A stretch of 64,000 nt of DNA from Bugula neritina. Taxonomy: Eukaryota; Animalia; Bryozoa. The position numbers and the translations under genes are program-made. Location: contig CAXIUT010000183.1 in NCBI GenBank assembly GCA_964035545.1, forward strand, positions 1,736,001 to 1,800,000, written 5' to 3'. Positions 15,800 to 29,533 of this stretch are shown piece after piece. The first letter of the stretch is position 1. Each line of letters begins with the position of its first letter. The notes under the pieces are model-generated. The model was not told the origin of the DNA, made no database searches, and worked only from the letters and a program-made list of their open reading frames with translations.

Positions 15800-18700
15800 A
15801 CTGCAACATACTACAACATATTGAAATACACTGCAACACATTGAAATATACTGCAACATACCTAAATATACGGTAATATACTGAAATTCACTGTAACGCA
15901 TTGCAAAATACTGCAACATACTGAAATTCACTGCGACACACTGAAATACGCTGCAAAATACTACAACATACTGAAATAAACTGTAACATATTGAAATACA
16001 CTGCAACACATTGAAAAATACTGCAACATACTGAAATATACTGTAACACACTGAAATATACTGCAACATACTGAAATACACTGTAACATACTGAAATATA
16101 CTGCAACATACTGAAATACACTGCTACATACTGAAATATACTGCAACATACTGCAACATACTGCAATACACTGTAACATACTGAAATACACTGCAACATA
16201 CTACAACATATTGAAATACACTGCAACACATTTAAACACACTGCAACTTACCGAATATATGGTAAACTACTGAAATATACTGTAACGCATTGAAAAGTAC
16301 TGCAACATACTGAAATATATTGCGACACATTGCAATAAACTGTAACATACTGAAAAATGCTGTAGCACACTGAAATGCACTGCCATTCACTGAAATATAC
16401 TGCAACATACTGAAATACACCGCAACATCCTACAACATACTGAAATACACTGTAACATAACGAAACATATGGTAAACTACTGAAATATATTTTAACACAT
16501 TGAAAAATACTGCAACATACTGAAATATATTTTAACACATTGAAAAATACTGCAACATACTGAAATATACTGTAACACACTGAAGTACACTGCAACTCAC
16601 TGAAATATACTGCAATATACTGAAATACACTGCAACATCCTACAAAATGCTGAAATACACTGTAACATATTGAAAAAAACTGCAACATACTGAAATATAC
16701 TGCGACACCTAGCAATATACTGTAACATACTGAAATATGCTCTAGCACACTGAAATACAATGCAACTCACTGAAATATACTGCAATATACTGAAATACAC
16801 TGCAACATCCTACAAAACGCTGAAATACACTGCAACATATTGAAATACACTGCAACACATTGAAATATACTGCAACATACCGAAATATATGGTAAACTAC
16901 TGAAATATACTGTAACACATTGAAAAAAACTGCAACATACTGAAATATACTGCGACACCTAGCAATATACTGTAACATACTGAAATATGCTCTAGCACAC
17001 TGAAATACAATGCAACTCACTGAAATATACTGCAACATACTGAAATACACTGCAACATCCTACAACATGCTGAAATACACTGTAACATATTGAAATACAC
17101 TGCAACACTTTGAAATATACTGCAACATACCGAAATATATGGTAAACTACTGCAACACACTACAACATATTGAAATACACTGCAACACATTGAAATATAC
17201 TGCAACATGCCTAAATTTACGGTAATATAATGAAATATACTGTAACACACCGAAATATACTGCAACATACTGAAATACACTGTAACATACTGAAATATAC
17301 TGCAACATACTGAAATACACTGCTACATACTGAAATACACTGCAACATACTGCAACATACTGAAATACACTGTAACATACTGAAATAAACTGCAACATAC
17401 TACAACATATTGAAATACACTGCAACACATCGAAATATACTGCAACATACCCAAATATACGGTAATATACTGAAATATACTGCAACACATTGAAAAATAC
17501 TGCAACATACTGAAATATAGTGTAACACACCGAAATATACAGCAACATACTGAAATACACTGTAACATACTGAAATATACTGCAACATACTGAAACACAC
17601 TGCTACATACTGAAATATACTGCAACATACTGCAACATACTGCAACATACTGAAATACACTGTAACATACTGAAATAAACTGCAACATACTACAACATAT
17701 TGAAATACACTGCAACACATTGAAATATACTGCAACATACCTAAATATACGGTAATATACTGAAATTCACTGTAACGCATTGCAAAATACTGCAACATAC
17801 TGAAATTCACTGCGACACACTGAAATACGCTGCAAAATACTACAACATACTGAAATAAACTGTAACATATTGAAATACACTGCAACACATTGAAAAATAC
17901 TGCAACATACTGAAATTTACTGTAACACACTGAAATATACTGCAACATACTGAAATACACTGTAACATACTGAAATATACTGCAACATACTGAAATACAC
18001 TGCTACATACTGAAATATACTGCAACATACTGCAACATACTGCAATACACTGTAACATACTGAAATACACTGCAACATACTACAACATATTGAAATACAC
18101 TGCAACACATTTAAACACACTGCAACTTACCGAATATATGGTAAACTACTGAAATATACTGTAACGCATTGAAAAGTACTGCAACATACTGAAATATATT
18201 GCGACACATTGCAATAAACTGTAACATACTGAAAAATGCTGTAGCACACTGAAATGCACTGCCATTCACTGAAATATACTGCAACATACTGAAATACACC
18301 GCAACATCCTACAACATACTGAAATACACTGTAACATAACGAAGCATATGGTAAACTACTGAAATATATTTTAACACATTGAAAAATACTGCAACATACT
18401 GAAATATATTTTAACACATTGAAAAATACTGCATTATACTGAAATATACTGTAACACACTGAAGTACACTGCAACTCACTGAAATATACTGCAATATACT
18501 GAAATACACTGCAACATCCTACAAAATGCTGAAATACACTGTAACATATTGAAAAAAACTGCAACATACTGAAATATACTGCGACACCTAGCAATATACT
18601 GTAACATACTGAAATATGCTCTAGCACACTGAAATACAATGCAACTCACTGAAATATACTGCAATATACTGAAATACACTGCAACATCCTACAAAACGCT

Positions 18701-19300
18701 GAAATACACTGTAACATATTGAAATACACTGCAACACATTGAAATATACTGCAACATACCGAAATATATGGTAAACTACTGAAATATACTGTAACACATT
18801 GAAAAAAACTGCAACATACTGAAATATACTGCGACACCTAGCAATATACTGTAACATACTGAAATATGCTCTAGCACACTGAAATACAATGCAACTCACT
18901 GAAATATACTGCAACATACTGAAATACACTGCAACATCCTACAACATGCTGAAATACACTGTAACATATTGAAATACACTGCAACACTTTGAAATATACT
19001 GCAACATACCGAAATATATGGTAAACTACTGCAACACACTACAACATATTGAAATACACTGCAACACATTGAAATATACTGCAACATGCCTAAATTTACG
19101 GTAATATAATGAAATATACTGTAACACACCGAAATATACTGCAACATACTGAAATACACTGTAACATACTGAAATATACTGCAACATACTGAAATACACT
19201 GCTACATACTCAAATACACTGCAACATACTGCAACATACTGAAATACACTGTAACATACTGAAATAAACTGCAACATACTACAACATATTGAAATACACT
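15800..19300 (+). repeat. Tandem duplication, period 1879 bp; part also present 3188 bp upstream (ends approximate)
   Basis: ORF pairs 16232/18111, 16597/18476 and 17017/18896 (1879), and 13044/16232 and 13829/17017 (3188). The variant CATGCCTAAATTTACGG is shared at ~14018, ~17206 and ~19085. Confidence 0.85.
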
Positions 19301-20566
19301 GCAACACATTGAAATATACTGCAACATACCTAAATATACGGTAATATACTGAAATATACTGTAACACATTGAAAAAACTGCAACATACTGAAATACACTG
19401 CAACACACTGAAATACACCGCAAAATACTACAACATACTGAAATACACTGTAACATATTGAAATACACTGCAACACATTGAAATATACTGCAACATACCG
19501 AAATATATGGTAAACTAATGAAATATACTGTAACACATTGAAAAATACCGCAACATACTGAAATATACTGCGACACATTGCAATATACTGTAACATACTG
19601 AAATATGCTGTAGCACACTGAAATACACTGCAACACCCTACAACATACTGAAATACACTGTAACATATTGAAATACACCGCAAGAAATTGAAATAGACTG
19701 CAACACAACAAAATATATGGTAAACTACTGAAATAGACTTTAACACTTTGAAAAATACTGCAACATACTGCAACATACTGCAACATACCGAAATACGCTG
19801 TAACATACTGAAATACACTGCAACATACTACAACATATTGAAATACACTGCAACACATTGAAATGTACTGCAACATACCGAAATATACGGTAATATACTG
19901 AAATATACAGTAACACATTGAAAAATACTGCAACATACTGAAATACACTGCAACACACTGAAACACACCGCAAAAAACTACAACATACTGAAATACACTG
20001 TAACATATTGAAGTACACTGCAACACATTTAAATATACTGCAACATACCAAAATATATGGTAAACAACTGAAATATACTTTAACACATTGAAAAATACTG
20101 CAACATACTGAAATATACTGCGACACATTGCAATATACTGTAACATAACGAAATATGCTCTAGCACACTGAAATACACTGCAACTCACTGAAATATACTG
20201 CAACATACTGAAATACACTGTGACATACTGAAATATACTGCAACATACTGAAATACACTGCTACATACCGAAATATACTGCAACATACTGCAACATACTG
20301 AAATTCACTGCAGCATACTACAACATACTGAAATACACTGCAACACATTGAAATATACTGCAACATACCTAAATATACGGTAATATACCGAAATATACTG
20401 TAACGCATTGCAAAATACTGCAACAAACTGAAATACACTGCGACACACTGAAATACGCTGCAAAATACTACAACACACTGAAATAAACTGTAACATATTG
20501 AAATACACTGCAACACATTGAAAAATACTGCAACATACTGAAATATACTGTAACACACTGAAATAT

Positions 20567-23500
20567 ACTGCAACATACTGAAATACACTGTAACATACTG
20601 AAATATACTGCAACATACTGAAATACACTGCTACATACTGAAATATACTGCAACATACTGCAACATACTGCAATACACTGTAACATACTGAAATACACTG
20701 CAACATACTACAACATACTGAAATACACTGCAACACATTGAAATATACTGCAACATACCTAAATATACGGTAATATACAGAAATGTACTGTAACATACTG
20801 GAACATACTGTAACACACGGAAATATACTACAAAACACTGAAATACACTGCAACATACTGAAATACGCTGTAACATACTGAAATACACTGCAACATCCTA
20901 CAAAATGCTGAAATACACTGTAACATATTGAAATACACTGCAACACTTTGAAATATACTGCAACATACCGAAATATATGGTAAACTACTGAAATATACTG
21001 TAACACATTGAAAAATACTGCAACATACTGAAATATACTGCGACACCTAGCAATATACTGTAACATACTGAAATATGCTCTAGCACACTGAAATAGAATG
21101 CAACATACTGAAATATACTGCAACATACTGAAATACACTGCAACATCCTACAACATGCTGAAATACACTGTAACATATTGAAATACACTGCAACACTTTG
21201 AAATATACTGCAACATACCGAAATATATGGTAAAATACTGCAACATACTACAACATATTGAAATACACTGCAACACATTGAAATATACTGCAACATACCT
21301 AAATGTACGGTAATATACTGAAATATACTGTAACACATTGAAAAATACTGCAACATACTGAAATACACTGTAACATACTGAAATATACTGCAACATACTG
21401 AAATACTTTGCTACATACTGAAACATACTGCAACATACTGCAACATACTGAAATACACTGTAATATACTGAAATAAACTGCAACATAGTACAACATATTG
21501 AAATACATTGCAACACATTGAAATATACTGCAACATACCTAAATATACGGTAATATACTGAAATATACTGTAACACGTGGAAAAAACTGCAATATACTGA
21601 AATACACTGCAACACACTGAAATATACCGCAAAATACTACAACATACTGAAATACACTGTAACATATTGAAATACACTGCAACACATTGAAATATACTGC
21701 AACATACCGAAATATATGGTAAACTAATGAAATATACTGTAACACATTGAAAAATACCGCAACATACTGAAATATACTGCGACACTTTGCAATATACTGT
21801 AACATACTGAAATATGCTGTAGCACACTGAAATACACTGCAACATCCTACAACATACTGAAATACATTGTAACATATTGAAATACACTGCAACACATTGA
21901 AATATACTGCAACATAACAAAATATATGGTAAACTACTGAAATAGACTTTAACAGATTGAAAAATACTGCAACATACTGAAATATACTGTAACACACTGA
22001 AGTATACTGCAACATACTGAAATACACTGTAACATACTGAAATACTTTGCAACATACTACCACATATTGAAATACGCTGCAACACATTGAAATGTACTGC
22101 AACATACCGAAATATATGGTAAACTACTAAAATATACTGTAACACATTGAAAAATACTGCAACGTACTGAAATATACTGCGACACCTAGCAATATACTGT
22201 AACATACTGAAATATGCTCTAGCACACTGAAATACAATGCAACTTACTGAAATATACTGCAACATACTGAAATACACTGCAACATCCTACAATATGCTAA
22301 AATACACTGTAACATATTGAAATACACTGCAACACTTTGAAATATACTGCAACATACCGAAATATATGGTAAACTACTGCAACATACTACAACATATTGA
22401 AATACACTGCAACACATTGAAATATACTGCAACATACCTAAATATACGGTAATATACTGAAATATACTGTAACACATTGAAAAATACTGCAACATACTGA
22501 AATATACTGTAACACACCGAAATATACAGCAACATACTGAAATACACTGTAACATACTGAAATATACTGCAACACACTGAAACACACTGCTACATACTGA
22601 AATATACTGCAACATACTGCAACATACTGCAACATACTGAATTACACTGTAACATACTGAAATAAACTGCAACATACTACAACATATTGAAATACACTGC
22701 AACACATTGAAATATACTGCAACTTACCTAAATATACGGTAATATACTGAAATTCACTGTAACGCATTGCAAAATACTGCAACATACTGAAATTCACTGC
22801 GACACACTGAAATACGCTGCAAAATACTACAACATACTGAAATAAACTGTAACATATTGAAATACACTGCAACACATTGAAAAATACTGCAACATACTGA
22901 AATATACTGTAACACACTGAAATATACTGCAACATACTGAAATACACTGTAACATACTGAAATATACTGCAACATACTGAAATACACTGCTACATACTGA
23001 AATATACTGCAACATACTGCAATACACTGTAACATACTCAAATACACTGCAACATACTAAAATATATTGAAATACACTGCAACACATTTAAACACACTGC
23101 AACTTACCGAATATATGGTAAACTACTGAAATATACTGTAACGCATTGAAAAGTACTGCAACATACTGAAATATATTGCAACACATTGCAATAAACTGTA
23201 ACATACTGAAAAATGCTGTAGCACACTGAAATACACTGCCATTCACTGAAATATACTGCAACATACTGAAATACACCGCAACATCCTACAACATACTGAA
23301 ATACACTGTAACATAACGAAACATATGGTAAACTACTGAAATATATTTTAACACATTGAAAAATACTGCAACATACTGAAATATATTTTAACACATTGAA
23401 AAATACTGCAACATACTGAAATATACTGTAACACACTGAAGTACACTGCAACTCACTGAAATATACTGCAATATACTGAAGTACACTGCAACATCCTACA

Positions 23501-26500
23501 AAATGCTGAAATACACTGTAACATATTGAAAAAAACTGCAACATACTGAAATATACTGCGACACCTAGCAATATACTGTAACATACTGAAATATGCTCTA
23601 GCACACTGAAATACAATGCAACTCACTGAAACATACTGCAACATACTGAAATACACTGCAACATCCTACAACATGCTGAAATACACTGTAACATATTGAA
23701 ATACACTGCAACACTTTGAAATATACTGCAACATACCGAAATATATGGTAAACTACTGCAACACACTACAACATATTGAAATACACTGCAACACATTGAA
23801 ATATACCGCAACATACCTAAATATACGGTAATATACTGAAATATACTGTAACACACCGAAATATACTGCAACATACTGAAATACACTGTAACATACTGAA
23901 ATATACTGCAACATACTGAAATACACTGCTACATACTGAAATATACTGCAACATACTGCAACATACTGAAATACACTGTAACATACTGAAATAAACTGCA
24001 ACATACTACAACATATTGAAATACACTGCAGCACATTGAAATATACTGCAACATACCTAAATATACGGTAATATACTGAAATATACTGTAACACATTGAA
24101 AAAACTGCAACATACTGAAATACACTGTAACATACTGAAATATACTGCAACATACTGAAATACACTGCTACATACTGAAATATACTGCAACATACTGCAA
24201 CATACTGCAATACACTGTAACATACTGAAATACACTGCAACATACTACAACATACTGAAATACACTGCAACACATTGAAATATACTGCAACATACCTAAA
24301 TATACGGTAATATACAGAAATGTACTGTAACATACTGGAACATACTGTAACACACGGAAATATACTACAAAACACTGAAATACACTGCAACATACTGAAA
24401 TACGCTGTAACATACTGAAATACACTGCAACATCCTACAAAATGCTGAAATACACTGTAACATATTGAAATACACTGCAACACTTTGAAATATACTGCAA
24501 CATACCGAAATATATGGTAAACTACTGAAATATACTGTAACACATTGAAAAATACTGCAACATACTGAAATATACTGCGACACCTAGCAATATACTGTAA
24601 CATACTGAAATATGCTCTAGCACACTGAAATAGAATGCAACATACTGAAATATACTGCAACATACTGAAATACACTGCAACATCCTACAACATGCTGAAA
24701 TACACTGTAACATATTGAAATACACTGCAACACTTTGAAATATACTGCAACATACCGAAATATATGGTAAAATACTGCAACATACTACAACATATTGAAA
24801 TACACTGCAACACATTGAAATATACTGCAACATACCTAAATGTACGGTAATATACTGAAATATACTGTAACACATTGAAAAATACTGCAACATACTGAAA
24901 TACACTGTAACATACTGAAATATACTGCAACATACTGAAATACTTTGCTACATACTGAAACATACTGCAACATACTGCAACATACTGAAATACACTGTAA
25001 TATACTGAAATAAACTGCAACATAGTACAACATATTGAAATACATTGCAACACATTGAAATATACTGCAACATACCTAAATATACGGTAATATACTGAAA
25101 TATACTGTAACACGTGGAAAAAACTGCAATATACTGAAATACACTGCAACACACTGAAATATACCGCAAAATACTACAACATACTGAAGTACACTGTAAC
25201 ATATTGAAATACACTGCAACACATTGAAATATACTGCAACATACCGAAATATATGGTAAACTAATGAAATATACTGTAACACATTGAAAAATACCGCAAC
25301 ATACTGAAATATACTGCGACACTTTGCAATATACTGTAACATACTGAAATATGCTGTAGCACACTGAAATACACTGCAACATCCTACAACATACTGAAAT
25401 ACATTGTAACATATTGAAATACACTGCAACACATTGAAATATACTGCAACATAACAAAATATATGGTAAACTACTGAAATAGACTTTAACAGATTGAAAA
25501 ATACTGCAACATACTGAAATATACTGTAACACACTGAAGTATACTGCAACATACTGAAATACACTGTAACATACTGAAATACTTTGCAACATACTACCAC
25601 ATATTGAAATACGCTGCAACACATTGAAATGTACTGCAACATACCGAAATATATGGTAAACTACTAAAATATACTGTAACACATTGAAAAATACTGCAAC
25701 GTACTGAAATATACTGCGACACCTAGCAATATACTGTAACATACTGAAATATGCTCTAGCACACTGAAATACAATGCAACTTACTGAAATATACTGCAAC
25801 ATACTGAAATACACTGCAACATCCTACAATATGCTAAAATACACTGTAACATATTGAAATACACTGCAACACTTTGAAATATACTGCAACATACCGAAAT
25901 ATATGGTAAACTACTGCAACATACTACAACATATTGAAATACACTGCAACACATTGAAATATACTGCAACATACCTAAATATACGGTAATATACTGAAAT
26001 ATACTGTAACACATTGAAAAATACTGCAACATACTGAAATATACTGTAACACACCGAAATATACAGCAACATACTGAAATACACTGTAACATACTGAAAT
26101 ATACTGCAACACACTGAAACACACTGCTACATACTGAAATATACTGCAACATACTGCAACATACTGCAACATACTGAATTACACTGTAACATACTGAAAT
26201 AAACTGCAACATACTACAACATATTGAAATACACTGCAACACATTGAAATATACTGCAACATACCTAAATATACGGTAATATACTGAAATTCACTGTAAC
26301 GCATTGCAAAATACTGCAACATACTGAAATTCACTGCGACACACTGAAATACGCTGCAAAATACTACAACATACTGAAATAAACTGTAACATATTGAAAT
26401 ACACTGCAACACATTGAAAAATACTGCAACATACTGAAATATACTGTAACACACTGAAATATACTGCAACATACTGAAATACACTGTAACATACTGAAAT

Positions 26501-27664
26501 ATACTGCAACATACTGAAATACACTGCTACATACTGAAATATACTGCAACATACTGCAATACACTGTAACATACTCAAATACACTGCAACATACTACAAT
26601 ATATTGAAATACACTGCAACACATTTAAACACACTGCAACTTACCGAATATATGGTAAACTACTGAAATATACTGTAACGCATTGAAAAGTACTGCAACA
26701 TACTGAAATATATTGCAACACATTGCAATAAACTGTAACATACTGAAAAATGCTGTAGCACACTGAAATACACTGCCATTCACTGAAATATACTGCAACA
26801 TACTGAAATACACCGCAACATCCTACAACATACTGAAATACACTGTAACATAACGAAACATATGGTAAACTACTGAAATATATTTTAACACATTGAAAAA
26901 TACTGCAACATACTGAAATATATTTTAACACATTGAAAAATACTGCAACATACTGAAATATACTGTAACACACTGAAGTACACTGCAACTCACTGAAATA
27001 TACTGCAATATACTGAAGTACACTGCAACATCCTACAAAATGCTGAAATACACTGTAACATATTGAAAAAAACTGCAACATACTGAAATATACTGCGACA
27101 CCTAGCAATATACTGTAACATACTGAAATATGCTCTAGCACACTGAAATACAATGCAACTCACTGAAACATACTGCAACATACTGAAATACACTGCAACA
27201 TCCTACAACATGCTGAAATACACTGTAACATATTGAAATACACTGCAACACTTTGAAATATACTGCAACATACCGAAATATATGGTAAACTACTGCAACA
27301 CACTACAACATATTGAAATACACTGCAACACATTGAAATATACTGCAACATACCTAAATATACGGTAATATACTGAAATATACTGTAACACACCGAAATA
27401 TACTGCAACATACTGAAATACACTGTAACATACTGAAATATACTGCAACATACTGAAATACACTGCTACATACTGAAATATACTGCAACATACTGCAACA
27501 TACTGAAATACACTGTAACATACTGAAATAAACTGCAACATACTACAACATATTGAAATACACTGCAGCACATTGAAATATACTGCAACATACCTAAATA
27601 TACGGTAATATACTGAAATATACTGTAACACATTGAAAAAACTGCAACATACTGAAATACACTG
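20567..27664 (+). repeat. Tandem duplication, period 3537 bp (two near-identical copies)
   Basis: Private variants occur at offset 3537: AAATAGAATG 21091/24628, AAATACTTTGCTAC 21401/24938, AACAGATTGA 21951/25488, GCAGCACATTG 24028/27565. ORF pairs 20631/24168, 21411/24948 and 23753/27290 agree. Confidence 0.95.
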
Positions 27665-28777
27665 CAACACACTGAAATACACCGCAAAATACTACAACAT
27701 ACTGAAATACACTGTATCATATTGAAATCCAGTGCAACACATTGAAATATACTGCAACATACCGAAATAAATGGTAAACTAATGAAATATACTGTAACAC
27801 ATTGAAAAATACCGCAACATACTGAAATATACTGCGACACATTGCAATATACTGTAACATACTGAAATATGCTGTAGCACACTGAAATACACTGCAACAC
27901 CCTACAACATACTGAAATACACTGTAACATATTGAAATACACCGCAAGAAATTGAAATAGACTGCAACACAACAAAATATATGGTAAACTACTGAAATAG
28001 ACTTTAACACTTTGAAAAATACTGCAACATACAGAAATATACTGTAACACACTGAAATATACTGCAACATACTGAAATACACTGTAACATACTGAAATAT
28101 ACTGCAACATACCTAAATATACGGTAATATACCGAAATATACTGTAACGCATTGCAAAATACTGCAACAAACTGAAATACACTGCGACACACTGAAATAC
28201 GCTGCAAAATACTACAACACACTGAAATAAACTGTAACATATTGAAATACACTGCAACACATTGAAAAATACTGCAACATACTGAAATATACTGCGACAC
28301 CTAGCAATATACTGTAACATACTGAAATATGCTCTAGCACACTGAAATACAATGCAACTCACTGAAATATACTGCAACATACTGAAATACACTGCAACAT
28401 CCTACAACATGCTGAAATACACTGTAACATATTGAAATACACTGCAACACATTGAAATATACTGCAACATACCTAAATATATGGTAAACTACTGCAACAC
28501 ACTACAACATATTGAAATACACTGCAACACATTGAAATATACTGCAACATACCTAAATATACGGTAATGTACTGAAATATACTGTAACACACCGAAATAT
28601 ATTGCAACATACTGAAATACGCTGTAACATACTGAAATACACTGCAACATACTACAACATATTGAAATACACTGCAACACATTGAAATGTACTGCAACAT
28701 ACCGAAATATACGGTAATATACTGAAATATACAGTAACACATTGAAAAATACTGCAACATACTGAAATACACTGCAA

Positions 28778-28800
28778 CACAGGATAGTTAAGGGCATCCT
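28778..28800 (+). repeat. Left terminal inverted repeat CACAGGATAGTTAAGGGCATCCT
   Basis: Reverse complement of 29511-29533. The first 19 bp match perfectly, 22/23 overall. Confidence 0.97.
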
Positions 28801-29174
28801 CACTAAGAATATTATAAATTTCTCTCAAAATGTAGTTCAGGTTCTTGAATAATATTGCTCTGCGGGTGGCATGCGTGTTGCCTACTTGTAATTGTTTAGC
28901 CTGAGATCAAACTACAACCAATAAGCAGCAACCTTCGTTAGGGCTGCGAAATCTATCAACATTCCATTATGGGTGCTACATAAACAAAGTACAAAGAGAG
29001 CTATTCATTATAGCCTGCCAGCTAGCTAGCCTGTAATTATTATGTAGGCGCCAATATCTTCTCATCCCTACGTGCTCAGTGAAGTGTGAAGTGCTGCGCG
29101 CTGCTAGTTTCTTATGAGAAAATATGGCATTTTCAGTGTATAAATCACCAATTTATGAGCAATCTAGCAGAGTT

Positions 29175-29462
29175 ATTGAAAAAAGAAAAAAACTTACACT
29201 GGAGAAATATCTCAGGATTCCAGCAGTGCAATTTTTATTCAGATATCAAGCTTTGCTGCTGAGATATTTTACTGGTACTGAAAAGTCAGCTTTTCAGGCA
29301 AAATTGGCCAAAATTCGGCAGTTTTTTGTCTATAACTTCGCAAAAAAAATGAAAATTGAAATTTCCAAAAAACTTACACTGGAGAAAAAGAAGATCTACA
29401 ACATAGTTTTTAAATTTTGACTCTAGCACAATTAGGTGAGATTTTATTTTACTGGTACTGAA
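29175..29462 (+). repeat. Degenerate 180-bp-period internal direct duplication within the MITE
   Basis: AAAAAACTTACACTGGAGAAA at 29187 and 29367, TATTTTACTGGTACTGAA at 29265 and 29445, and ATTGAAA at 29175 and 29355 are all offset by exactly 180 bp. Confidence 0.88.
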
Positions 29463-29510
29463 TTCTTATATGATTACAATGCAAACCTCAGCAAGGCAGT
29501 TGCAGCTAAA

Positions 29511-29533
29511 AGGTTGCCCTTAACTATCCTGTG
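29511..29533 (-). repeat. Right terminal inverted repeat (AGGTTGCCCTTAACTATCCTGTG on + strand)
   Basis: Reads CACAGGATAGTTAAGGGCAACCT on the minus strand. Confidence 0.97.

Larger units (their letters stand above)
1..28777 (+). repeat. Satellite DNA array, 10-bp monomer / 20-bp dimer (ATACTGCAAC ATACTGAAAT), left arm; continues beyond window start
   Basis: Every 10-nt block in the listing is a variant of AYACTGMAAY, with GCAAC/GTAAC-type and GAAAT-type decamers alternating. The orientation is the same throughout. Confidence 0.99.
28778..29533. mobile_element. 756-bp non-autonomous TIR DNA transposon (MITE), probably CMC superfamily (EnSpm/CACTA- or Mirage-like)
   Basis: This is the only non-satellite sequence. 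It has 23-bp TIRs with one mismatch and 5'-CAC...GTG-3' termini. Comparison with empty paralogous sites (15001, 19951, 31321: CTGC-AA-CACACTGAAACACACCGC) shows AA duplicated on both sides (28776-28777 and 29534-29535). There is no transposase-sized ORF. The superfamily call rests only on termini and TSD length. Confidence 0.9.

Noticed and set aside
28778-28800. TIR start CACAGGA resembling the V(D)J RSS heptamer CACAGTG / Transib or ProtoRAG ends
   Set aside because: Only 5 of 7 bases match, no nonamer is present at 12/23 spacing, and the 5-bp TSD typical of Transib/RAG transposons is absent (TGCAA vs AACAC).
29011-29093. Small palindrome GCTAGCTAGC (29021) and direct repeat GTGAAGT-GTGAAGT (29079)
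   Set aside because: They are too short to distinguish from simple slippage, and nothing supports a promoter or RNA-gene (tRNA/SINE) structure.
29124-29420. 98-aa plus-strand ORF inside the MITE (two KKLTLEK motifs)
   Set aside because: It is short and Lys/Phe-rich, as expected from AT-rich DNA, with no recognisable transposase motif. The repeated peptide only reflects the in-frame 180-bp DNA duplication. A BLASTP/HMM search would be needed to exclude a transposase remnant.
29196-29462. Short matches between the MITE interior and the satellite (TACACTG, TACTGAA, CTCTAGCACA at 29421) suggesting the satellite derives from the element
   Set aside because: Matches of 7-10 bp to a large pool of satellite variant k-mers are expected by chance, and the MITE has no 10-bp periodicity.
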